Assembly (NCBI GenBank): GCA_964016885.1
Contig: OZ024743.1
Location: 224,254,001 to 224,318,000, forward strand
Source: Eledone cirrhosa
Taxonomy: Eukaryota
DNA: 64,000 bases
Reading direction: 5' to 3'
A program made the translations under genes and the position numbers. The notes under the pieces are model-generated. The model made no database searches. It was given only the letters and a program-made list of their open reading frames with translations, and had not been told where the DNA came from. Below, one piece after another: positions 1 to 11,843 of the stretch (positions within the stretch are counted from its first letter, which is position 1; each line of letters opens with the position of its first letter).

Positions 1-280
1 ACCTCCCTGCTCACCACCATCGGCACAGAGTTGGCTACCCACAGGTGTGAGCAAGCTGGAATGGCTCTTCTAGTGTGTCTCCCTCACCATCCTGCCAGAG
101 GCATGGTGTGGCTAGTCTGCTGGGGCCATGGGGTGGCTAACACATGGGCCCTCATTTGCTCATAATAGTGAGAGATGGCGAAAACGGGAGAGACGGAGGC
201 TGTGACGGTGAGAGTTTGGTTCCTTTGTGTTCAGACCTGGTATATATGTGTACGGACACACACTCACACTAAGACAGTGT
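1..280 (-). mobile_element. Interspersed repeat resembling a LINE 5'UTR plus ORF1 start (other copies at ~18745-18900 and ~31210-31590)
   Basis: Three similar copies share AGCTGGA.TGGCTCT and CATTTGCTCA.AATAGTGAGAGATG; on minus this includes ATGAGCAAAT (MSKW...). Confidence 0.6.
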
Positions 281-1132
281 AGTTATTTATTTTTAATTTA
301 TACTTTAGTGATTTAGAGTATATAGTTATGAATGTTTAAATCATGCATCACATGAATTACCCTCAAGTAAATTTCATGCCAGTTACCTATAAAATTGTTA
401 TATATATTTTTTTAATAAATTTATTTGGAAAATTAAAAAATAAAATGGAAGAGACTGGGTGAGAGAAATAATGGAAGTGAATGTTGAAAGAAGTAGAGGA
501 AAGACAAAACCAAGAAAGATGAAGGAGGAGGAAATGAAAGTCAGGGAGTTGATGCATTGGGATAGCACAAAATTGGGAAGCTTATCATAGGGCTCACAAA
601 GCTAACCCCTGATTTAGCTGGGAAGATGACCTTACAATGCTACTACTTGTCGATATTGTTTAAGTAATATGCAGGAGAAATGTCTTTGTACAAATATATA
701 ATACATAGCAATGGTGACAGGCATTGTCTGGATGCTGAATATGTAGAATATAATGCTTATATATGAATTCATAGACTTCTAAATGCATATATCTAAAAAC
801 ACACACACAAACATTTGCACACAATCACAGAAGCACATACACACACCTTATGAATTTAAAAACATATCTACATAGAAATATGTAATAGATATGTATGAAT
901 CTATATATATGCATACATCCACATACAAACACATAGTGCAATAAAGAATGATACAGCTCAAAACAAGAACATTCAATTCTTCTCATGGTATATTAAAATA
1001 TCACTCTTCTGTTTAAATTTATGGACGGGGTCAAGCTGAATGACTATCACCAGTCTACCCACTCTAAGAACTAACTTACTTTCTCTGTAAAATTTAAATG
1101 ATAGATAATATAAATAACTGAATTGTTCTAAC

Positions 1133-1297
1133 CTGTAAGAACACTGCAGCATTGTTTGTTGAAAAGCTGAGATGAAACAGTGAACAGCTGTGTCTTCAAT
1201 GGGAGGCTTTTCTGGAAATTCTGGTAGGCAAGAACTACCCCAAGAGTGAGCTTCTGTAAAGCTAAATTGTCCTTTCAATTTCAAAGAATTAAACGAC
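1133..1297 (-). CDS. BBS7: BBS7 exon 15 ([19 protein letters not shown]...LQCSYR)
   Basis: TTTAAAG acceptor, GTTAGA donor, 165 nt. Confidence 0.93.
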
Positions 1298-4258
1298 CTT
1301 TAAATGAAATAAAACAGAATATTTGTTATAAAATTGTCAAATCACGAATGTAGAACAATTAAACAAAAAATATCTAAAAGCTGGTTTGTTAATTCAAACA
1401 TCAACACCTTTTAATGTCTATTTTCCATGCTTCCATGGCTTAGATGAGTTGTAAAGGTGTAAGGCTAGACAGGTCAGATGACCACATCTAGCTCATGTGT
1501 TCTGTTTTTGAAGATAGGTTTACTAATTCAATATGCCACATTTGCCTGAGTGTGGTTGGCAACTATCAAAGCTGCTTCCTGGTCATTCCCAAATGATACC
1601 AGAATGTTTATAGTATCTTTACTAGTAGATAAATCCTTGTGAAAATTTGCAATATTAGTTTAAAGACTTTAATTTTTAATGTAATGCAGTCATAGAGCTA
1701 TTTTATACTATCAAGAATGTCTTGCTAATGGGATTTCATGAGGTACAAGGGTTAAGAGTTAAGAGAAAAGAGATACTGGGTAAATAAATGTAAAACTGAT
1801 GATAATGATGATGATATATGTGCAGGCATGGCTGTGTGGTTAAGGAGTTCTCTTTGCAACCCCATGGTTTTAGTCCCACTGTACAGCACCTTAAGCAGGT
1901 GTCTTCCATTACAACCTTAGGTTGATCAATGCCTTCTGAGTATAATGTAGTAGGCAGAAACTGCAGAAACCTGTCATATATATATACTTAATAATAATAG
2001 GTATAAATCAAAGTTGTAGCCACAGTATAGCAGATATCAATCGAATTGTTTCAGGCAGTCACAAAGCTCTTAATGGTGCAAAAAGTTAATACATTTTCAT
2101 CCAGAGTAAACACAATATATATCCTGCTATTTCAAATGTTAAACTAATATATAACTTCCATATACTGTACTGATTGTCTTGTTATTTCTGTTTACCTTTT
2201 ACATATATATATATATATATATATTATGTATGTGTGTTTATGTCTGTATCTACGTTTGTGTCTCTGCCTGTGTTTATGTCCCATAATTTACCAATCTAAG
2301 AGATTAATAAAATAAATACCAGAGATGAAAAAATAATATTGGTGTCAATATCATCAATATATTAAAGTGGTGCTCCAGTAGGGCCACAGTCAAATGACTG
2401 AAACCAATAAAAGAATATATACAGGGTGTCCACAAAGTCACGAGACAATTTTATATATATATTTGTATAAAATTGTCTAGTGACTTTTGGGACACCCTGT
2501 ATAAAAATATATAAAAAAGAAAATGGAAATACCTTGTTGAATCGATAGAATGTGTTCTCATATGTAATGATAAAGGTTTAATTGGAAATTGTTTTATCTG
2601 ACAGGTCTTTGGTTGGATACGAGGAGTGATGTAGGCCTGCAAAATTCCATGTTGACCTTCAATAGTGCGGACTTTTAGGTGAAGATGAGTAGTATTAGCT
2701 TGACATCTGTATGTAGCCAACAGAGAGTTACCATCCTGTTGTAGAATGGAAATAATGATGAAATGTAATGAGTGCACTAAAGAATAGCATCTAACACAGG
2801 AATATGCTGCAGTTATAATAACAAGCATTTTAAGGCCATTTTTCATGCTAACCTCTACAATACATTGTTTGTTTACTTCTCTCTGGATGATACTCTATTC
2901 ATTCACCAAGCCCTTCTTGTTTCCATTCTTCCCAGTGTTTTCTACTCTGATTAGTATATTTGTTCGGATTATATAATGGAAACTTAATTATTGAACTTTA
3001 TAACATGAAAAACCTCAATTGATCTTTTAACAGAAATGCTGAATATTACTTTACCTTTGGGTTGCAGCTACTGAAGCTGACAACAGATGAGTTTTTATCG
3101 ATATCAATCATAAATACAGGAACATCACACTGAAAAAATAATACAAATAAACAGAAGTACAATTTTTTCATTATATCATTCCAAAAGCTGGCATAAGTTC
3201 CTCTATATTAAATTTATTTTTAGTTAATCAGAAGGTGATCATAATATAATCTTCATTAAACATTAACTCTTAACATCCTACAATAATTTAGCAGAAAATA
3301 TATAAAAATGAGTTTGTTAACTCTTTAGCATTTAAACTGGCCATATCTGGCCAGAATTCTCTCACCTCTTTCTGCTCAAACAAGCCATAACTGGTTGCTC
3401 ACACTGATGTTAAGGTATTGTTCTCAAAATAAATAATATCAAAATTTCATAGATTCGATATTATGTGAGATAATTATGTAAGGTCAAGCCTTTACGTGAA
3501 AATATAATAGTAAATATTATAGAGTAATGTAAATGGTAAAGAGTTAATTCAAATATTTGTAGTTTCTTTACTAGCACAGAAATCATTGTGAAAATTTGCA
3601 ATAAACTTATTAATGTAAGAAAACTTAAATGAATCAAAACATAAGGCTTATGGCAAAACTCTCTGCAATGGGTGTGAAGGATGATCTTTTTAACTGGTTG
3701 AAGTCCTTCACCCCTATCGTGCTCAGAACATTGACCTCCTGGAAACTGTTCAGAGACGTGCAACCAAGCGCATACCCTCCATCAGACACCTACCATACTC
3801 TGAACGCCTTGCTTCCCTGGGCATGGATTCATTGAAGTTCCGACGTCTGGCAATGGACTTGGTGAATACCCACAAAGTTTTTAACCATCTCGCCAATTGC
3901 AACCCTGAGCGCCTCTTTGATCTCCATGTGTCTAACACACGTGGACATGCCTACAAGATCAGAAAACAGCACAGCTCCCATGACTTTCGTAGACATTTTT
4001 TCATGCTCAGAGTTGCTGAAGCATGGAACAAACTGCCTGCGTCAATTGTTAGCTGCCGAGACACTGCATCCTTTAAGACACTCATGCTTCCCGAAATACG
4101 CCAAAACTACACCTGATGTACCCCTTCCATGCACATGCACACGTGTGTATCATGACTCGTGCACTGTTCATTTTACTGATGTTTGTGCATTGCCCTATGT
4201 ACTGTACATGCACTTTTTTGATGAGTTGTGGTGCACCTGAGCACTGTACACAATAATT

Positions 4259-4294
<36 letters not shown>

Positions 4295-7200
4295 TCAGTC
4301 GAAGAGAGGTAGTCACGGTTCTGGGACAGCATTCCTCACCGTATGAGATGTCATCTGGTGTACCACAGGGATCTGTTCTTGGCCCCCTTTTGTTTGTGGC
4401 ATATATTAATGACATAGATGCCAACTTAAGGAATGCCACAGTACTAAAGTACGCAGACGACATCAAGCTGTACCTTGAGATAAAAAGGACAGATCCTGAA
4501 CACTATAGATCTTGCTTGCAGTCTGACCTGGACACAATGCAACAGTGGATCTCAGACTGGCAACTCAAGCTAGCTGTGGACAAGTGCACCACCATGCATT
4601 TTGGGAGTAAAAACCCAGCGTCCACATACTCCCTCCACAGCACTAATATCAAGAAGTCTTCCTGTGAACGTGACCTGGGCATTATGGTCAGTAGCGATTT
4701 GCGTTGGACGAGGCACGCCTCTAAAATTGTCAAGAGGGCCGAGGGTGTCTTAGCATCACTCAGCAAGACCTTTGTCAGCCGCTCTCCAGATATCTATTTA
4801 AGGCTGTATACAGCTATGGTGCGACCACACTTAGAATTTGCATCACCAGTCTGGAACCCATATCTTGCTCAGGACATTGACCGCCTGGAAACTGTTCAGA
4901 GACGTGCAACCAAGCGAATACCCTCCATCAGGCATCTACCATACTCTGAGCGCCTTGCTTCCCTGGGCATGGATTCATTGAAGCTCCGATGCCTGGCAAC
5001 TGACTTGGTAAACACCCACAAAATTGTTAACCACGTTGCCAACAACAACCCTGAGTACCTTTTCGATTTCCATGTGTCTAACACACGTGGACATGCCTAC
5101 AAAATAAGAAAACAGCACAGTTCCCATGACTTTCGGAAACATTTTTTCACGCTCAGAGTTGCTGAAGCATGGAACAAACTACCTGCATCAGTTGTTAGCT
5201 GTCGAGACACTGCATCCTTTAAGGCCTCCATGCTTCCCGAGATCCGCCAACAGAACAGCTAACACATACACACATGTACTTCCCTGACATTTGTGTATTA
5301 TTCTATGTACTATATTGACGAGTTGTAGTGCACCTGAGCACTTTACACAATAATTTCATTATTATAACCAAAGAATGAAGATTATTCTATATAACTCTTA
5401 CATGCTGTAATGATTTAGCAGAAAATATCTAAATGGACTTGTTAACTAAAATGTTTATAGTATCTTTATGAGTAGATAGATTATTATAAAAATTTGCAGT
5501 GGGCTAAAGAAGACATTGATGCTTTAATGTGATGCAATCAAAGTATTGTTTTGTATTTTTCAAGAATGTCATGCTAATGTGGTTTCATGTGGTACAGGAT
5601 GTTAAGAGAAACCTAGTTTAGGACTTGTGCCCACTGCACACTATTCTCAATGTGTTCTTGTACATTCATACAGAAGTCTGAAACACCTGGCTCACTCATG
5701 ACAATCAAGTGTCATTTGTTTTTATAGCAAATCATCAGTAGTTTCTGAGTAGAAGGTCATGCAAAGTTGTCTCTTTTATAGTAGAGAAGTAGACTTTTGT
5801 AAATGTAGGACCAGTTTCTAAGTTGGAATATAGAAAGTTGAAATTATGCTAGAAAAAGAGAATGAATAGTTGCAAAGTTACAATGAAGGCAATTCTGCCT
5901 CTAGTCTTAGTTTTATGTTGTAGATGTCTATTTGATAGTTTGAGTGTAATTATGAGCAGTGTCAACACCATTTTGGGTAGTTCTTTATAAATAAGAAGTT
6001 TTGCATTTCAAGTGATTTACCTTTGACAAACGTCAGCCATTTTTTTGCCTTGTCTAAACGTACATTTGTTACTGTGTAATTTCCCTATTTTACTCTCTCT
6101 CTCTCTCTCTCTGTTTTTCATCATATTCATATTAACAAGATGCTCACATTCACTGCTGACATCTTAATTTTTTCATCTTTCTTCTATATATAATACTTTT
6201 ACTCTTTATTTTTCTACTCTCACTCCTACTGATGAATTACTTGACTGAAAACATTAAACATTTCCTCTTCTTACATCCTTCTCATCATCACAATCATTTA
6301 ACATCCATTCGATGGATTGTCACAGTACATAATTGGGGTCACTGAAATCTCAGATGGGTTGGGAGCAAATCTCACATACATTCCCACACTTTACTGGGTG
6401 TGTTTTATTGAGGTACCAGCACTAGAAGAGTCATTGTGTCTTTGACATAATTAAAGAATCTTCTCAACCCTTTGTTTGGAAAATCTTCTATGGCTGGTTG
6501 CTCTTCCTATCACAAACCACTTTTCAAATTGTACTGGATGCATTTTATCATGGCACCAACACTAGAGAAGTTGTCATGCTCTTGAGACAAATGAAATATC
6601 CTCTTAACCCTTTAGCATTTACTGTTGTATTTTTATGGTAAAGGCTTTATCTCACATAATATCGAATGTACAAGATTTTTATATTATTTATTTTGAGAAC
6701 AATACCATAACATCAGTATGAGCAGCCAGTTATGGTTGGAGTGAACAGAAAGAGGTGATATATTTTTGACCAAATATGACTGGCTTAAATGCTAAAAGGT
6801 TGATTATATTTGTAATTTTTTTAAAGGCAGTAGTCTATCATTCAGTGCTAAATAAAAAGGTAAGATTTACTGTACCTGGATAAGGACATTTTCAATGGGT
6901 ACTTGTAGTTCTATACTCAATAGATAACTAGCATCATCTTTATTAAGTACAAATTTAGTTTTCACATTAAAGGAACTGAGAGATGACATAGAATTGTTCA
7001 CACTGATACAACTTTCATATTTTTCCCGTTGTTTATGAACAGTTTTCTGTATTTCCTCTAGCTCTTGCCTATGAAAATGAGAACACAGGTAAACAGTGCT
7101 ATTAAATGTTAATAGGTATAGTAAATCTGTATAGTGAGATATGGATAGAAATAATAAATTTATTTTAATGAAAAATATTAGAACACCATAAAGTAATATA

Positions 7201-7324
7201 AACAATAATAATTATATATATATATATAGCCTCTACAATGCAGATGGATATCCATCTGCATTGTAGAGGCTTCCCAAAACAACCATTTTTCATATTTCAC
7301 AAAGCTTCAAGCAAACTTCAACAC

Positions 7325-7363
<39 letters not shown>

Positions 7364-10300
7364 ACATATATATATGTATATATACATATACATATTACTG
7401 TAGTTAATACAAATCATTGTGAGATATGTAATAAAAGACCAATGATATCAAAAAGCCAGTAGAACAATGTAAAGGGCAAATGATGACAAATAAAACAAAA
7501 AATAATGTTTTACCCAGTGTATTTAAACATGATATTTCGGGGCTATCACCCTCTTTTCAAATGTGGAGCTGAAACAGTTCAAAACAAAATGCATTTGTTA
7601 TAGTAACTAGTCAGCTCCATGCATTTCCAATCTGTGTTGTTTTAACTGTTGATGATAATAGCCTCTTTGATTCTTAAATTGCCTATATTCCTTTCTGTCG
7701 CCTCTATGGTGACCTCAATGTCTTTGCTGCAGCATCTGTGAAAATGATTTTTAACAGAAGCTCTCGTCTTCATGTGCTCCTTGATCCGTATGTGTGGCAT
7801 TCGGATGGTACTTCCTAATTGTCATATCAATAATGCAGAAATATGCATGAGAGAGTATGTGGTCTATAAGGTCATATGTAAAAAATGTAGCTCCTCATAC
7901 ATTTGTCAAGTCAACAAAGACATGATACAAATCCATTCCCTGTTCAATGCACTTCTCCTGTAGTTGCCTCACAGGAGTGCAATTGGAGAAGAATAAGGAC
8001 TATGGACTTCTCTTAATAAGCTGTAAAGTAATTTTTTTATTGTTGACATCAGCTTGAATCTACTTTTCTTTATGTCTCCACCATGCATCTTGCATTCTAT
8101 GGTGCTTGGGCTGTAAATTAGCCTTCATTTCATTCAACATTTCACTTCTTCCAGTTCCTAGTCCTTTACAGAGTTGATTCTAAGTGAATCTAATCCCAAC
8201 CATGCAATAATCAATGAAAAGAGACATATAATCTAGTTCCTTGGGGGGGGGGGGGGGGGGGGAATATGTAGTAGAAAAATAGTGTTAAGTTCAAAGCAGA
8301 TGTACATTGCCAAAAGGGGCAATGGTATATTTACCTTGATCAACCTATAACCCAATATCACCCCTCTGTTTTAACTCATTAAGCCATAACAAAATACAAG
8401 GCATTCATTTACATATTAAAAATTTTCATTTCAAACATATATCAAATTTCGTAGGTATTAGAAAAGCAGCAAAGTGACAGAGTCATTAGAATGTTGGCTA
8501 AAATGGTATGTGTTATTTGTTCTGGCTCTGAGTTTAAATACTACCAAGGTCAACTCTACCATTCATCCTTTTGAGGTCAATAAATAGAGTACCAATTCAA
8601 TAATGGAATCGAGCCTTCCCCTATATCTCTTTCACACTTCTCTTTTTCTCTGGAAGAAATCAGCTTTGATCTGACCTGGGGAGGATGGGTAATGCCAGCT
8701 TTAAATGTTACAACTGCACCACTACAACTTCATCAGGAGTTAAGGACACATGACTATGGCATAGAGTTAGAACTGGTTAGGAATATATTTTCCGGTTGTA
8801 AACATTTAAAAAGAATACATCTTTAAGAAGCAGTGTTAGCTCCTGGAAAAAGATTTGGTCTGAACTTCAATGAAAATTATAAAAGCATACATTATACAGG
8901 TGGTTGTTCTTGTTATCGCTCACATCTATGTTGGTTTAACTGGTCACCTATGAGGTTGCATCTTATATGAGGTGTCTTGGTGTTTTAATGGTTTAATGCT
9001 AGGGGCCTCACTCTAGGGTTAGGGTTAGATTTAGGGTTAGAATTAGAGTTAGGGTTAAGGTTAGAGTTAGGGTTAGGGTTAGTGTTAAGGTTCTCTGGTG
9101 ACAGATGGCAGTATTTGAATTCAGAGCACACTGAATGGAAACAAATACTGCAAAACATTTAATCTGATGCGCTAATGACTCTGTTTATTTGCCACATGAT
9201 ATGGGTAGTTGGTACATGCAGATTCCACCTGAAAAAAGAAGTATTAGTTATACTATCGGCAGCTGACATGGATGTGGAGAAATTTTTATCTTAGAGCAGA
9301 AAATGATGCAAGAAGTGCAAGTTAGTAGGAGGCAAAAGATTGTGTTGATGATTTTTGTGAAGACTGTTGATATTTGCACAGATCTATAAATCATTTTACA
9401 AATTGGTGCTTTCAACATTTTTTCATCAAATCTAATGTGAAAATTATAAGAAAATGACTACTATTATGAACCTACTTGAGCCCAGCTATTTTGGTTTTAG
9501 AAAGTTGATCAAAAGCTTCTGAAGTCATATGTCCATGACTGCTTGAAGGATCAGTAGTTAGTCCCATCACCCAGCCTAGAGGCAATTGTTGCATGCAAAG
9601 GAGAAAGAAGGAAAAAAACAAACAAAAAAAAAGAAGATAATCACCATTACAAAAAAAAATTCAAAACCTAAAAAAATATATACAAAGTGTATCAGAAAAG
9701 TAACAGGACTTAGTGTGCTGTGTGAGGTATGAGTTGGGTAGGGATTAGCAGGCTGCATCACCATGTGATGTAATATCCGGGAAGTATATAACTATGATCT
9801 CAGCTCTCTGTAGCTACGGTATGTTTTTTCACGTGCTTTTGTTAACAGCTCCTCAATTTTAGGTTGTTGAGCAATGAGTACAGAGCAATGAATCAACCTG
9901 AAGTTTCTGGACTGGCTAGGGAAAACTCCATCAGAAGCACTCAAAATACTGCAGTAAGTGTGCAGAGATGAGATGATGTCATGCTCACAGGTTTAAGAGT
10001 GGCACAAAAGATTCAAAGAGGTTCACAAGGACGTGGAAGACTATCTCAGGAATGGAAGGCCTTCAACGAGCATGACTGAGGCCAACGTTGAGCATGTGAG
10101 GCAGGTAGTGCATGGAAATCATCAGATGACTGTTTGACTGATCACAAGTGAGCCAAGCATGAACTCTAGCAGCATTTGGAAGATTATCACTGAAGAGTTG
10201 GGTATGTGGATGATCTGTGTGAAGATGGTACCAAAGCTGCTGAATGATGACCAGAAGAAGCAGCACATGCAGGTGTATCAGGATATCCTCAAGCATTTTG

Positions 10301-11772
10301 AAACTGAAGTAGACTTTTTATTTTTCTTCAAGCTGTGGAGAATCTTGGAAGAATGCTTCTAGGAGTGCATGAAGGCTGGCAGAGACGGATGGGACAGCGT
10401 ATTAGACTTGAGGGGGAAGAGGGGATTATTTTGAAGTGGAAAAATTGTAATTTGTAGTTTGAATTTGAAATATTTGTTTTGGGACTTAAGCACTATTTCT
10501 TTTCTGACACACCTCACATTAACATTTAACATCCTGTAATGATTTAGTTAAAATGTCTAAAACCAGGTTTGTTGATTCAAATGTTTATAGCATCTTTACT
10601 GGCGGACAGATCATTGTAACAATTTGTAATATTAGCATAAAGACTTCATTTTTTAATCTGATACTTTTTTAAGAATGTCTTGCTAATGCAGTTTCAGGTG
10701 GTACAGGAATTTTAGAGTTAAATTAAATTAGCTTATTTAATTTGACAAGATGATCATCAAGGTAAAAGGTTAAAGTAAAAAATATTAATTTCAACTAGAT
10801 TATCAAAATAAAGATTATATATTTTAGAAATTTGTATTTCAAGCTCTGTTCCTTATACAAAAGGACCATATTTGCTATTTCTAAATTGTTGCTGGCTACA
10901 AAAATCTTTTCCCTCAAAACGAAAGGCCGACCATATGATGCGTGCATAGCAACAGCAACGTTGCACGGTATTGAGACCTGAACGCTGTGTGCAGAAGACT
11001 TGCATAGATTGGAAAGAAATAAAGCTTGCATGCTCCAATGGATGTGTAATAGTAATATACAAGAACGGTGAAACATAAATGAACTGAGAGAGAAACTAGG
11101 CATAAGAGGAATCAAAAGCTGTGTGAAGGAGAAGAGATTATGTTGGTATGAATATGTGATGTGTATGAAGGATGACAGCTGCATAAAAAGGTGCAGAGCG
11201 CTCAAAGTCGATGGAAGCCTTGGAGTGGGAAGATTAAGGATGAGAGGATAAAAGCCGACCTTGCTCAATTGCACCTCTCAAAGGTGATGACACAGGACCG
11301 AGATCTCTGGAGATAAGCAGTAATACAGAAGACCCACTTCCCATGGGCACAAGCTGAAGCATATATACAGTATGCCCCAACCCACTCTCCCATACACCCC
11401 CATGAGGACAGGCAGAAGTAAATGCATCCAAGGAAGCCCCCAGCCCACACTGTAAAGTGGTCGTGATGGTGACATGGCAAAAAGCACCCAGTCCACACTG
11501 TAAAGTGGTCGTGTAGGCATCATGATAAAAAGCACCCAGTACTCACTGTAAATGAGATTGGCGTTAGGAAGGTCATTCAGTTGTAGAAACCAAGCCAAAA
11601 TCAGTTCTGTATGAGCAAGACATGGTCATCTGACCTAGTATTGCCCACAACAGAACAACTCGTCTAACCCATGCTAGCATGGAAAATAGACGTAAAATGG
11701 TGGTGATGATTATATGTATATACACACAAATATATATATATTATAATTATATATATATATCATTATCATGAT

Positions 11773-11843
<71 letters not shown>

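Noticed and set aside
630-740. Possible further BBS7 exon (AG/GT-bounded on minus)
   Set aside because: The translation examined does not resemble the expected SDNISTISILK segment
8203-8262. Long poly-G run at ~8243-8261 (shorter ones at ~45210 and ~62750)
   Set aside because: Simple homopolymer of unreliable length with no supporting context
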